Made by a program: the position numbers and the translations under genes | In this document: positions 1 to 14,500 of the stretch, piece by piece | Layout: each line of letters starts with the position of its first letter | Numbering within the stretch: position 1 is the first letter of the stretch | From: Raillietiella orientalis | Lineage: Eukaryota | Direction: 5' to 3' | Length of the DNA: 64,000 nt | Assembly: GCA_036172245.1 (NCBI GenBank) | Contig: JAYWIR010000031.1 | Coordinates: 62,001-126,000, forward strand | The notes under the pieces: generated by a model | What the model was told of the DNA's origin: nothing | The model's database searches: none | Seen by the model: only the letters and a program-made list of their open reading frames with translations

Positions 1-3000
1 AACTTTAAAATTTATGCAAGTGTCATTTGTTCCAATAAATACAGAAATAGATGCATAGCTACTTGAAATGAATTTAATAATTTCTTAGTTCATACAGTAT
101 CGAAGTGTATTCTGACTCTGCATGCATCTCAAGGGTCTCCTTTACTATGATCTCTGCGTTTAAATTTTCCAAGTTCTATTCCTTTCTATCCTAGTCACAA
201 TCGTCAAACCAAAAAACAAACAGACAAATAACCCAATTGTTTCAACAAAAAAATGGCCATAGCTTTCAGATATATGAAATTAATCGCTTTAAGTACTTTA
301 GCGGCATTGCAATAAGTCGTAGCATGCGTAATCTATATTCGATCTATCTGACAGGCTTGGTCAAATGTTGGTTCCCACAGGAAATTTTCAATACTCACAT
401 TCTCCAAAAGAGTGTCTGCTATTTTCCTTGATTTCGAGTAACTGTTTTCATCTAAGTTGCTTTAGATCTGATTTCTTAGCAAAGATGATTGGGATGAATT
501 GAAAATTTTACTTCCGAAATAAAACCGTTTGTTGGAAAAAGAGTTGTAAGAAACAAGCCCTTTTATTAAGTTTCATACAAATTTGTATTTGCATTTTCGA
601 AATTATCTTTGCAACAGAACCATCAGATTCTTTGACTTTCAAGAAAGCGAACACATCTTGCATTTTTTTCTGATTTCTTATGTAAAATAGGATGAATCAT
701 TTTGATTACTATTGTGAACAAGGGAGACGATGAATAGGAATCGTCGTTACTTGGGAAAAAGCTCAGTTCTGAAGAAAACATTTTGAGCGAGAACTTTTGT
801 GTTTGCTGGTTGTTAGATTTTCAGCCATTTGGAGTTCTTCATGTTCCTTCGAATGTTGCTAGTCACTTGCTGGAAAGTTCATGCTTTGATCATTCAATAT
901 TCATGCACTCGGAAATTGTTTTATTGGATTTTTCATTAATAATGGGGTTTTACTGTGTATTTTCATTACACTTGATTCTAACTTAAAGTTTATAGTGAAC
1001 CAGAATTTTTTCATCATATTCATCAAAATATAGTATTTTTTTTAGCTTTGTGATCTCATTAAAAGTCAATAGAACCATTTGTGATGCATGTACAGGCAGA
1101 GGTCATCAATAGAAAGATGAACTAACGAATTTTTTTTCTTACCATTCCAAACATTTATTTACCAAATGATGAACTCAAAACTACAGATGTATTTTTTTAC
1201 TTTACTAAAGTAGAGAACAATTAAACAAGTGATTTTGCACAGTTTATTGCTTGTAATAGTTATAGTGATTTAGATGGATAAACAATAACTATGTTTCAGA
1301 TCTTTCAGACTTCTTAATCCATGGTCATCGTTTAGTTGGAGTTTCAAGTTGTAAATTTTTGAAAAAATTTGGAAACACACACACACACATACAGGCTGAT
1401 AACATGAAATTTGCTTTCAACATTTACATTTCGAGTCACTTTTAGGAATTCAAGAAACCAAAGTGATCAAATGCAATACTTCTATGAAAACAACAAATTT
1501 CTGGGTTCTGAAGAAATAAAAGCGCTAACGAATTACGATAAGCGTGAAGAGAAAAATTATGAAATAAATTCTGGAGATTAGAAAGTCGAGAAGGAACAGA
1601 CAACCAAGAAAGACTTACAATTTGTTCCATGGCTTTGCTACAGAACGAAGTGCAGCCTAAAATGTTCCAAAGCAACAAATCATCAAAAAATTTATTTAAA
1701 ACAATTCATTTGAGAATTCATCTTTCTAATTTGAACGAGCAAGACAAATGTAGCGAAATTCTGCTCCATATATTAGGTGGAAATTGCCTGAATTTCTATT
1801 CTATAAGTAAAAAAAAAAAGTGCTTTCCGAAGTTAATTCTGTTTATATTGGAACTGTAATGCTGAGAACCTGTTTGGAAAAACTTCGGAAAATTGTTTTG
1901 ACTCTAAGATTATTTTCAAACAGCAATCATTTTGAAGTAACATCCTGTAGTATAGTTTGAAATCATTCTGTCAGTAATAAAAACGGTTTGGATTTCCAGA
2001 GATTCAAAAAAACATTTGAGATTTTTTTTGAAGAATAATCCTTGTGAAGTTTGATGAAAATTTGCAATTTACATGTTGTGTATGCAGAGAATTAGGATTT
2101 TCAATCAATACAAAATATTTGTCAATAATTACAAGGAAAATTCACTTTACATAAGGATTTCAATGACAAATGAAGCGTATATACAATCGTTTTGTTAAAC
2201 TACAAGTAAGCAGAGGCAAGCAAAGACATTTTCAGTATGGAAATCTTTATCATTGCCAAATTCAAAGAAAGTATCCAACAAGAAAAAAATGTGTACAACT
2301 ATATTTGGAAAAGATTCCATGAAAAAACGCCATATATCCTTTCAATTTTTCATTAGCTTGTGCAGCTAACTTCGTATAATCACAGGAAGTAATGAAGGAA
2401 GCAAATGAGTTAAGTAAACTGAATGGTGAAATGAGTGAAATTGAAAAACCAACCACCGAATTTATAGTGGTCCCCTCGAAGAAACTCTTGTTTCTTTTCA
2501 GGATAATGCTTCGAATAGTGATGTACTTATCAGTGTGGGCAAACAAAAGGTAACCATAAAAATGTGGTTCAATTACGAAACTCAGCTTTTTATTCTTTGG
2601 TAAAAGAGGTTTTCTTTTCAAGAGAGCCAATAACCAAAAATTCCGTGAATACCACACCTTTGGATATGGAATTGCCAACCTCAGAGTCCATTTTTATCTG
2701 TTAATATTAAATTGACTGACTGTAAGATAAATGTGGATTCAGTTGATGATTGAGGAAAAAAAAATCATTCGGAAAAATCATCATTCGAGGGGGAATAAAA
2801 CGGAACCACACGAAAAATGAGAAATGCGAAATCCACGCAATGATCACCTTGCATTCGTTTGCCGCAGGGTGAAGTGTAGCTGATGGTCGTAATGCCCATT
2901 TATGCCCGTTCTTTCGGTGATTTTTTTCCCCTTGCATTTCATTTTTTCCCTCTGAAAGAGTGGAGCGTGCTGGGGAATTTTCGCACAACGTATCCCGTTT

Positions 3001-3577
3001 CCCCCAGTTGCAAATCTTGTTACGGTGTGTTGCATTTCGAAACTGGAGAGTGATATCACACTTCGGTTTCGAAACCAAGGCACATTGTGATTTAAAACAA
3101 TCCTAGCGTAAACCTTTCGTATGACAACTCTTTTGAATATATAGTTCTTTTATAAGTTCTTCTATTCAATGATTTTCCCTTTTTTGACCTTACTGCCTTT
3201 GGAAGGCTAAAACTAGTTTTTAGGTTGCTGTTCAGAGGAAGCGTACTCAAATCCCCATGAGTTAGATGAGTATACTGCATCCGACAGAAAAGATTTATGA
3301 TATTCGCTGTTCTATAATCATATAATTATTTTACTAAGTATATGACTTAGTAAAACAAGATTAGGGATTTTGTGTATTTGTTGCATTTTGGAATGAGTAT
3401 CACATATAGTATTACACTTATTTATTATCAGATAATATTGTTGAGCTTTAAGTATGTGATGAAGACATGATTAATTGTTTATTGAATGCTTCTTCAGGTA
3501 GTTTATACTCATTTTATAATTGGTTATTATTAAATCTACAATGATGAAAGAATTATTTTTTGTATTTAATTATTGAA

Positions 3578-6059
3578 ATGAGACTTAAAAGAATATTTGG
3601 TTCTTGGAAAAGAAATACGGTATCACTTCATCGATACCTGCATAGTAAGGAGAAAAAACAGTTTGATGTGATTGTTGTTGGAGGTGGTCATGCTGGCACA
3701 GAAGCTGCTGCAGCATCAAGTAGGATGGGCTGCAGTACACTTCTGGTGACACAGAATCTCAAGACTATAGGTGAGTGACAACATAAAGGTCACTAGTGTA
3801 TGCCATGTAATTAGGGCAAATGTCTTGCAATCCTTCTTTTGGTGGCATTGGGAAAGGTCATCTTATACGAGAAATTGATGCACTGGATGGCATTTGTGGA
3901 CGTATATGTGACATATCTGGACTACAATACAAGGTTAGAAGAAAAAGCAGTTTAATAGAAATTGTGAAAACTCAAATCAGGTGTTAAATAGAAGTAAAGG
4001 ACCTGCTGTTTGGGGTCTTAGAGCTCAGATTGATAGAACATTATATAAAAAGAATCTTCAAGCTGAGTTATTTGAGAGGACACCCAATTTAAAAGTAGTT
4101 GAAGGAGAAGTAGAAGATCTACTAATATCTGAATCTGACAAAAAATTTTGCTGTGGAGTTCAGTTAGGTATGTTAATAAAGTGGCTCTAATAAATTCAAA
4201 ACTTTTATTAGGGGGTGGAAACATATTTCAATCTCATGCAGTTATCTTGACTACAGGAACATTTCTGAGAGGGCAAATTAATATAGGATTAGAAACTTCT
4301 CCTGCTGGACGTTTAGGTGATGCCCCTTCTATTGCCCTGGCTCACACCTTGGATAAGTTGGGTTTTAAGTTGGGGCGTTTGAAAACAGGTAAAGTCTATT
4401 GGTAATTTGAATAGGAATAAAGATCGACTGTTTTTAGGGACACCTCCAAGGATCTACAAACATAGCATCAGCACGGATAAACTTATAGCTCTTGGTGGAG
4501 ATTCTCATCCTGTGCCATTTTCTTTTCTTCATGATAGGGTGTGGCTGGAGGTGAGTTAAGGCTATTTAGACTTGTATGTAGTGATGTTGAAGAGACACTT
4601 TTTTAGCCTGATCAACAGCTTCCTTGCTATCTTACACACACTAATGAGCATGTAGAACAGATTGTACATGCTCATCTGCATGAGAATCGCCATGTTCAAG
4701 AAGAAATACAGGGAGTTCGCTATTGTCCTTCTTTAGAATCTCGTGTGCTTAGGTTAAATACTTTTCTTTCATACTGTAAGGTTTTGACAAAATGTTTTGC
4801 AGATTCAGTGGACGGAAACACCAAATCTGGCTGGAGCCAGAAGGCTTTGATAGTCCTCTTATGTACCCACAGGGCATGTCATGCACTTTTTCTTCATCAA
4901 TCCAAACAGAAATTATTCGTCTTATTCATGGTCTGGAGAATGCAGAAATGGCATGCCCTGGTAAAGCTTTTTGCTGAAATCCCTGTATATATTTTTTATG
5001 TAGGCTATGGAGTAGAATATGATTATTTGAATCCACAGCAACTCAAGGACACTCTGGAGACAAGAGCTGTATCAGGACTATTTTTGGCTGGACAAATAAA
5101 TGGGACTACTGGATATGAGGAGGCAGCTGCCCAGGGAATTTTGGCTGGCATTAATGCTGCCCTCAAAGTTCAGAGTCAACCTGCTTTTGTATTAGATCGC
5201 ACTGAAAGCTATATTGGTGTGTTGGTTTCTGACCTAACTACATTGGGAACCAATGAACCCTATAGAATGTTCACCAGCAGGGCTGAGTTTCGTTTGTTGC
5301 TGAGACCTGACAATGCTGATCTCCGCCTGACAGAAAAAGGTGAGTACCAAGAGCAGTGTGAAACTAAGCAAGCCTAGGTTTCCAGGCAGGATGTGTGTCA
5401 GATGCACGCTATCATAGATTTTGTGTTCAGAGAGATGCACTTAGAGAGGGTATAATGAGGTTAAAGCAAGTGAAGGGTAAAGTAGTCCAACTAAGAGAAA
5501 AGCTTGGTCTTCCTTTGGGCTCTTCAACTTCTGGAAAAAGGTAAGGATTTTGAGTTTATAAGGCCTTAATGATCAAAAAATAGCCTTTTTGAGTTCCTTG
5601 GGATGCATGGAGATGAGGTTCTTTTGTCTCATTTGACCTGTATTGATCCTGGACTTGCTGATTTAGCTGCTCAGCCAAGTCTAGCTTGGCGACTGAAGGT
5701 TGAAGCATTGTATGCTGATTCTGTTAAGGCTCAGCAAGAAGAAGTCATGGAAGTGCGCCAGCATGAGCAGTTAATTCTTCCTGATGATCTTGACTATAAT
5801 AGGCAAGTACATTGGTATTCTTTGCTTCCATTTCTGGTTTTCAGCTCTGACATAAATTTTAGTTCAGAAATGCGTGAGAAGTTTAGTCAGGCACGTCCTC
5901 TTACGGTAAGCAATAGATATGAAATGTGTTAACAGATTCATGCTGTAGATGGCTGCTGCCTCGCGTATACCTGGTGTCACACCAGCTGCTATGCTTAATC
6001 TGCTACGTTTCATTCAGCGTAGTCACAAAAATACAATAGACCTCCATAAGCCAACTTGA
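3578..6059 (+). CDS. MTO1: Mitochondrial tRNA modification enzyme MTO1 (GidA/MnmG family), 12 exons, ~660 aa
   Basis: Motifs: FAD-binding [99 protein letters not shown]. Exons: 3578-3770, 3815-3933, 3981-4167, 4212-4388, 4438-4550, 4607-4752, 4803-4960, 5004-5339, 5378-5540, 5584-5802, 5845-5905, 5949-6059. All phases are compatible and the total is 1983 nt. The N-terminus is basic and presequence-like. Confidence 0.96.
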
Positions 6060-7239
6060 AACTCTGTTTTGAAAAACACAAGGAGAATTGCAGCCATTCT
6101 TGATATCCAACTGATTGGATGAGAGATCGCATATTTTGTTGTGTTCAATTCTGCAACTTCTATAATAACTACATCTTTTATAATTCATATAATTCGCGAA
6201 TGTTGTTGCAGATTATTGTTCCCAATTAGTTACAATGGGACTTCATTTCCGGTGCATAATTGTTACTAGATGGTGTATTGTGTGTTTTGTTATATTTGCA
6301 TTGTAAGCATTGCTTTATTCAGCGTTTTATGCATTAAGAAAGGTATGCTAAATTTAGAAAGTGTCTTTGAGGATTTCCGGGTATTAAACAGTTTGCATGT
6401 TCACTGCATGTGAATTCTTTATCCTAGCTTTTGGTATTCATTGCATCTTGGAGTAGTAGTCAGCTGGATGCTCTTTGCCATAAGACAAGCACTCACATAA
6501 ATGGAAATACGTAGCAATCAATTCCTTGAAAAGTTGGTTGTATAAAGATTTATTTGCCCAATTTTTGAATCTAGGCTCAAGCCTGGATGCTATCAAATTT
6601 ATCTAAGAAGATAGGATAAGTGAGCCAAGGGTGTTTCAGAAGTTTTTAGGTTTTCTTTTTTAAAAAAAAACTTCGACACGCATATTTCTTGTCTGTGTTA
6701 CTGTTACATCAGTTGTTTACCAACTGAAACTGGTTATTCAACTTTCAACCAATGTTGATAGCATGTTGGTCAAGTGTGTGTTCCCTGTTTAATTGTTGGA
6801 GAATATCTAGTGATAGTGCACATGAATGCATTTGACAATCTAATAGTTCGGTCAAAATTTTCCAGAAAAAAAAAAAAACAGAAAAATGTTAAAGTGAGTG
6901 CAAATTCTTGGTTGTTCAATGGTATCTTGAAAATGATGTTTCTGCCATTGCTTTCATTGCTGATGTCATTGGCATCAACAATGATGTTTCAGGGCAGAGG
7001 ACTTCAGGTTCTGCCCTCTAACTGAGCTCCTTTATTTGGTGAAAGAAAATCTTGTTAAAATTCCATCAAGGAACCGCATTGAATAATATATAAGATTCAA
7101 ATTAGGGGCAAAATGCAAATTTATACAGTAATTAGGGAAGGTCACGATTTCTTATGTGCAAATTTGAAGAGTTCAAATGCTTGTACTCTTCACTGTGTAG
7201 GTTTGTTTTATGTGTGCAAAATTAGGTATGGCATACTAT

Positions 7240-7800
7240 TGGAATGATTCACAAAACGGACAATAGTACATATTTTTGAAATCAAGCTTGGTTCAGAAAA
7301 CAAATAGCTTGGTGGAAATGGGGCCATTCAGGAACTGGAGCACATAATATGATAAATAGCATAAGGCATGTGGAAAAACAAGCAAGGCCATTAGGATGTT
7401 TGCTTGAAGCCACTGACAAATGGTCTGACAGATACACAGCACATGCTCTTGCATGTTCTGTATTACCTCTGCTCAGCATGTTGGAATTGACTGCTCGTTC
7501 AGTTAAAAAATAGTGTTCACTAATCATAAATAGTTTGTTGACCATACTTTTTCCCCAAAGAATTCTTTAAACTTTTTAACAGCACTAGGCGTGAAAATTG
7601 GAGAATATCGAAGGTGTGGAATCGCCATCATGTTGTTAAAATGATCCAACTGTTGTAACGTAACTCGGTAAGGAGTTTGTGCACTTAATTCTGTGGATCG
7701 GACTTTTAATTGTAAAACTGTTTTAACAGTACTTATTGCAACATGGACCAGTCCATCTGATGTTGAAATGTTACATTTCTGCATGACAGTGCACGTTCCT
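7240..7800 (+). pseudogene. Degenerate kinase/pseudokinase-domain remnant (JAK-like?)
   Basis: Plus-strand fragments LLEATDKW, VKIGEY (cf. VKIGDF) and WTSPSDVE (cf. SDVW) occur in kinase order, with stops and frameshifts. Confidence 0.3.
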
Positions 7801-8599
7801 CTTTCGAATGTTCATGTATGCAATGTGTAAAAGTATGTAACAAATATCGAACGGTCTACTTATCTACCAAGGGGAAAAAACTTCGTTTTTGCTATTGTAG
7901 TCCCACGATCACTTGGTTTTCATAGACAAAACTAGCGATGTTGTGGTTTCGGTTTTTGATAGAAGCAATCGAGTTTTCTAAGAAGCGACCTAACCAGTGT
8001 CTCGTCTAACCAGCCTTGGTTGTGATTGAAACTGCCTCCAAGTCCAAAAAACGTTGAATGGGAAAACGTTTCGAGCATTCACTTTTGGCGCGGAATAGAG
8101 TTCTGTTATCTTGTTAGCCTATCAGATTCGTACTCTTGGTTCTTAATTTTCCTAGCAAATAGAACGGTAGACATTATGTTTTCAACGGGCCTAAGATGTT
8201 AAGAACTAGAATTCGCTTCACGGTTGTGCTATCAGTTTTGGAAGTGAACGAAAGGTACTTGAGTTTCTTAGGAGCTGCAAACTGTCAAAGCAATGTCATG
8301 ACCTCATCGTTCATTTGTGTTTCTACACCTTAAGAGCCGTGAAGAAATGGATGATCCGATCTGAAATTCTCAGAATATGATTCAGAGAATGTTGAATATT
8401 TTGGGCGAGAAAAAGCACATTTTTAGTTCACATACGAGAAAGTCATGTTGAAAATATAATTTTAAGCAAAACGGTCAAGAAGATTTTCTGAAATTGTGAA
8501 GAAACAGGGCAAGTTCGAAAACCATGTTCAGTGCTTTAATACCAAACGGTCACAATGGAGTCTGAAATTGAAAGGTTCTATGAAGCAAGTTTCAGTTTT

Positions 8600-9339
8600 T
8601 ACTAGATTATCCATGCTAAAGCCTGCTTCAGTATGAGAATGAGAGAATTAGTGAAGATAATAGAAAGAATCGAGAAACAATCAAACGGGGAGCCTGGGAA
8701 AGTTCCGAATTTGCTGTTAATTATGCAAGTGTGAAGGCAAATGAGTGAAGTAAATACACCTACTTATTTATATCAGTCCATGAAAAAACGTAAGCCAAAA
8801 AGGGTGCATGATTTTATACACAGGAAAACGATTCGGTGTTTGTTTTGAAGTATCAAAAGAGTTAACCCCAAACCACATTAGTAGATGAATACTTGAGTGA
8901 TCCAGATGGATGTGGAAGAGGGAAAGCTATCAAAAGATAACCGGAAGCCTATGGGATTTTCCATTTCAGATCACGCTTCAAGTAAGAAAAACAAGTGACC
9001 CAAATACTTGTAAATGTGAAACCGTGTGGGTATGAAACAGCCAGTATATTGAGTTTCGATAGGATTCTTCTTCACAAGGTATCAGAAGTATGTCCAAATA
9101 AAACTGAAAACACAAAATGTGCTACTGTTATCGAGTATGTGAGAAATGGTGCTGTTCTCCCACACTATTACGTGCTCTTGTACCATTTAAAAGATTTAGT
9201 AGGCTTATATCAAGCACCACGTAACATCTTCCTTAAGGATCCGTTATTATCAACTTTTTCCGGTACATTAAAGGCAGTCAAAAGGATAAATGTTGACAGA
9301 GACGAAAAGCCTCAATTCTCCGAAATAATTGGACTGTGA
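8600..9339 (+). pseudogene. Degenerate tyrosine-kinase domain remnant (JAK JH1-like)
   Basis: GKRFGVCF (Gly-loop-like), ATVIEYVRNGAV (hinge), APRNIFL (cf. AARNIL) and KPQFSEII (cf. RPxFSEI). No intact HRD or DFG; large deletions. Confidence 0.4.
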
Positions 9340-11589
9340 ATGTAGCGTAAATGATTTGGGAATGTGATTGATTTAGGAGCTGGGTATCAACGTCTATCGA
9401 ATGCAAGCTAAAGAGATTGCAGATGGGATATTTGAATTGAATTAGAAATTTCATAAAGAAAACTGGAAAGCAGGTCATTTGTATTTAAAATCAATTCATC
9501 AGAGTGTTTTTGCAATCTCATATCAGAGGCCACGTAGAGACAGAAAAATGGGCACTCATTTCAGTGTGCACTCCATTTAAAATCAAGTCTAAGATTCCCA
9601 AAGTGAATATGAGGAAATCTTCGCAGATGAATTGAAAAACAAAATTTTCTGTCAAGGCTGTAGATTATGAGCATACAAAGATACTGGACGGCAGAGTGGA
9701 TTGAATTCAGTTTTACTGAGTTCGATGCTCTCGATGCTGAGCATGCCTAGCAACCAACATCGAAAATCCCGTTCTCGCTGCTTCTTTTCAAAAAGGAGGA
9801 ATCGATGCTCTGCAGCGGTGTTCTGGAGGTTGGTCAAAATGGGATTGGGCTTTTCCCTGAGATCTGAACGAAATGTTTGAATAAAGTAGAAGTCACAAAA
9901 GTCGTGAATCGAAAACCAAAATCAGATGGAGACGCTAGTTAGAAAGATAAATCAGCGATAAACATTCGAAAACGTAATGGAAAGAGGTTTAGGTTAATTC
10001 AAACGTTTTTCCTTGCTTTTTTGCAACAACTGAAATGTCTTTATCAAATTTAACAGACACCTTTTCCCCGCTTTTCCTGAAATTGCTGGTTGTTTCTAAT
10101 CGCTCATTATCCCCAAATTTTTGGTGAATGAACTACTATGGAAACATGAACCGTCTTCAACTTACTACAACCAGCGTCTACACCAAAACCGTGGGTCGTT
10201 AATTCATTATAATTACGCACAATTATATTAAAACCACCCCAGGAGCGAACTGAGATGGAGAAAAATCGTGAATCCTGAAGAATCCTCTATGATTATAATT
10301 TTATAATATATGCTGAAGTGTTACATAATTTACAAGTGCTTATATCTTGTTACTGTAATCACACGAGTTGCTTCGCTTTCACTGGGATCATGTTTTCGTG
10401 ATGAACTGTTCCAAATTAGTTGCGTGGATTTGTCTTTAATAAGTTCAATTGAAAGTCCTCAGTTTCTATCCTAGAAGAAAACTATCACTTTGTCCACCTA
10501 TCGGTGATGTTTAAAATCTTTTTAGGTGTCGGAAATCAATCGCGAGAAAATAGAATGCGTTCATTGCATGCCCACTGCCCACTGCAGCAAACAGAAATCC
10601 ACAAGAAGTTTACATAATTCCGGAGTAATCATCACAAACGTACTGAAAATTCCGAACTTTATAAGAGAGGATATCAGGAAAATTCTGCCGGGGTTTAACA
10701 TGTCTCTCGTGGTCGTTCTAAAGAATGGGCACTCATAACCTGAAGTGTTGAGAAGATAACTCATGCAGGGAATGTCTTACAGCTTATTCCGTTTTCCTGA
10801 GGGCTGCAGTAACTGCGAGAAGCAGATTGGATGCAAAACAAGTTTTGCATCCAATCACTGCTTTAACCACTCCTTTCTTCTCAAAAGTAAACCAATTAAA
10901 AGCAAAGTTGCATCCGTGATCGTAGGACAATACCAACTTAATGTTCAGTTTTGCATTCGATAAAACTGCGTCATAAGTATAATCGTTTGTTACGACGGCA
11001 TTTTTCTCTTTTGTTTTGATTTAACGCAGTGAGTATTTAATGCAAGTATTTCGTCACTGTTGATGTTTTGACTTAATCCAACTCCCTTTCCACTGCGTTT
11101 TCGAATGCTTGTTGCTAGTCAAGAGATAAACTGCTCCGTCATCGAAAGATCGTGAACGACTAGCTACAAAATTCTTACACTATTCTTACACAATTGTCAT
11201 CAGCAAACAACCAGATTTTGAGAAGAACCATTTATTACGGCCATTCGCGTATCATTGGATTTTCTGACGTTCGATGATATCTGCGCGAAAGTCTTAAGAA
11301 GCAGAAGAAAAAGCCGAATTGATACACCTATAGCACACATATTGTTTAAATAGGATTTCGAAAACGCTCAGATGAAACATGAACCATCGTATAAGTGCGG
11401 CCACTTGGAATGACTTTCTCTTATGTGATTCCGTTCTTCTCCAAGTGCGCAGTTTTGATCCCTTTTCTGAACTCACGTTTTATTTTCAACTTGTCTCCCT
11501 CTTTCTCTCCTCCGGCTTCCTTCTGAAGAAAAAAAGAGAGAGAGAGAGAGAAAGAGCCAATACACTACATATCACCCTTTACTGGTGAT

Positions 11590-14500
11590 TCGATGGAACA
11601 CCGTGAAGATCACCTCTTCTCGATTGAGAAACTGGGCGGAAAGAGCAAGAGAAAAGGATCGGAAGGGGTTGATGGAACGAGGAGCCGAATTTGGCTCTGG
11701 CTGCGTGATGGACTGTGCGTATAAATTCAGGAACCACGCTTCTTTTAGGAGCCTTCTAGCCGAATGGCCGAAAAGAAAGGCTCAAAAAGAATACGGAGAA
11801 TTCCCATCGGTACCGATCCCCATTATACGAGGATGCTTCGCGATATTCGCCTTTCCTCCGTGAATGGGAATCCCTCAAGGCAATGCAGAGGATATGGAGC
11901 GAATGGTTCTCGAGGCAATATGTTACCGAGACATTCATACCAGTCATTACAAGCACTAAAGAGATCCAAATCCAAGCCAGGAATTCAGAGGTTGACAAAA
12001 ATTCGCTACAAGAATGGAGACTTCTACGGTGTTTTGTTTTATTTTTTCCCCATCGGGATAAAGCCTCACCAAATACTCATGGCATTTGCTCTAGAAACAT
12101 CTCAAAGCCTCATGCATCTATCTTCTTTTGGTGTCTTAGCGTTATTGCATCGATTTGAACCCCCTCACCAAAATCCCGAAAAGATTATCCGCCTGTTGCA
12201 CTTGTTGGAACAGATGTGAACTTTGCCTGAACAGTCAACCTTCTTGCCTTTGTCTCGAGCTTGCTAATAGCTGAAGAAAAATCTCAGCTCTCACATCAAT
12301 ACCCGCACTATTACTACCTCTATCTTATTAATTACTTCAAGTGCTGAGAACAGGTGTTTGCCAAACTCATCGGAAGTGATGCGTCTTCGGATTGGTATTT
12401 CAGGTTTCATCAGTACTGGGCTGCTGTGGAGCTGAAAGTAACGGGAACGGAAGCAGTTCCATTACGCAGAGAACTGCTAGTGTGGCCTAATTGCAACTCT
12501 AGCGTGGAAAACGCAGAAATCACACCGATGTTCGGAGCTGTTGAAGCACTGACTTCTCTTTTTCTGGAATCACGTGATTCCCTTGAAATCTGTTAATGCA
12601 TTTCCTGTTTCCTCTGGGACCAGAAGCGAACTCTGCCCAAGTTGTGTTGTTTGGCTTGTTCCTCTTCCGTCTGACTGCAAAATATCGTGTCGGTCACCTT
12701 TGGCGTCAAGGAACAACTCCAGAGTCCTTGGAAGGACCTGAAGGTTTCGCTCCTTCTGGGTTTGTCAATCGCTTTTTCCTTTTCCTCTTGCCGTTCGTGT
12801 GGCAGGCGCAGTCCATCGACCAGATTCTGCCGGCATTACAACCTCTTTGAAATCCCTTTCTTCCCAGTCTGAGACATTTCTTTTCTAGCACATGAAGGCT
12901 TGCTCCTTGGATGAAAGAAGAAAGAAAGAAAAACACACAAGGCTTTTTCAAATTTTGGTCCAGGAATCCTGTTTCTGATATCCTTCAACCCGATTTCGGA
13001 AAGATAAAATTGTTTATTCCCTCCCCTTTTCCCCAAGTGAACAAGGGGTGTTTCTCTGTGACAGAACAGAGGAAAGAGGTCGATGAACACTGTGATGAAG
13101 ACTAAAGGACCTCAACACTTGAGTTTATAAAGGGGACCTGTGGAAGGCCAATGACTATCGAAGAAGCGCAAGAGCAGCTGTCAAGAGTAAAAACAAAGCA
13201 CAGGTGACTTTTCCACAGTTCGATTCGTCGGAAAAGTGGAAATGTCCTGCACGGCACGAAGAGATCGATGCATTCCCCTTCGCAAGCGGTGCAAAGTATT
13301 TGAGCACTGCAGTGCGGACCAGTCCTTGGCAGCCACGAGCTGTTTTTCCTGCCATGGGAACCGATAAAGATATCTGGCATACAATCCTGAAATACAGCCT
13401 CATGCGTTTGCAAACTCTGCATCAGAGCAGCAAAAGTCATTCCATTCCTTTCCCTACACCTCCAACAGTTGGGTGTCCCAGTTCACATCTTGCCACTTGG
13501 TCTCTCGACGTACCTATCCGTGCACTACGTACCTATCCAAATTCGAATCTTCAGACAACAAAAAGGTTTGGTTCTCTAAAAGCAGCGACCAAGAAGAAAA
13601 CGTGTCAAGTGGAACTCGCTCAAAGAGGGAGGGAGGAAGGGGAGGGAAGATGCGTTCCAAACATCTTTTAGCCCTTCTCAGTGCGTTTATCTTCATATGG
13701 AGACAACGACCACGATAAGATGGGCTTGGGGAAAAAAATAAGGAAAGAAAATGAAAAATGAAAAGTGTGCGTTGATCCTCAGGTTCATTTCGTCAGCATT
13801 CCTTCTTTCTTACGTGGATTGTATGCCCTCACCCCTTGGATCTGTACCTTCCATCTCTCTGGCTGCATATTTTTTTTTCAATATCTGCATTCAAGATTGC
13901 CTGTTATTGGTATGACGATTTATATGGATCTCTCGATGCGGGGCTCTGCGCAACTCGTTTCAGTAACTCTTCTAGTCAAAAAGATTTGGCATTTCCCTCC
14001 TCTATACTCTCTGTGTTGCTAAAAATGGAGCTCCAGCTTTTCGTCCCTCTCATGCCTCTTTCTACCCCCTCCACTAGCGAATATGAACATGACTCGAACC
14101 TTCATCACCTTTTTATGCCACTGAACAAGTTCCGCTCGACTACCGATCTGAATCTCACCTCAATGTGCTGTCCTCAATGAGTCATCGAATCTTCCCCTAT
14201 CACAAAATGGGAGAGGTTTACTGCGGATCACATTCACTCATTATTGGAGGAAGGGTGGTGGTTTCCCGTGGCCACATGACTTCCTGGAAGAAATCCACTG
14301 CTAACGGTCGACATTTCGTGGAGATTGAACGACCGAATGACTGGGAAATGGATTCACCATGTGGATGACATATGGATGGGAGTATGAAAAACGGAATCCA
14401 ATCTTCCAAGAGCTGCGTTACTGAGTCTGCCGCATCAGCACCACGTCCAATGAGTAGTGCGGTCACACTGAGGGGTAAGAAAACTATCCGAATTCGGAGG

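Noticed and set aside
1..3300. Short ORFs and a possible divergent first exon (~2848-3080, minus strand)
   Set aside because: No recognisable protein homology; cannot be supported without transcript data.
8084..8091. E2F-like site TTTGGCGC
   Set aside because: A single short motif with no identifiable intact gene nearby.
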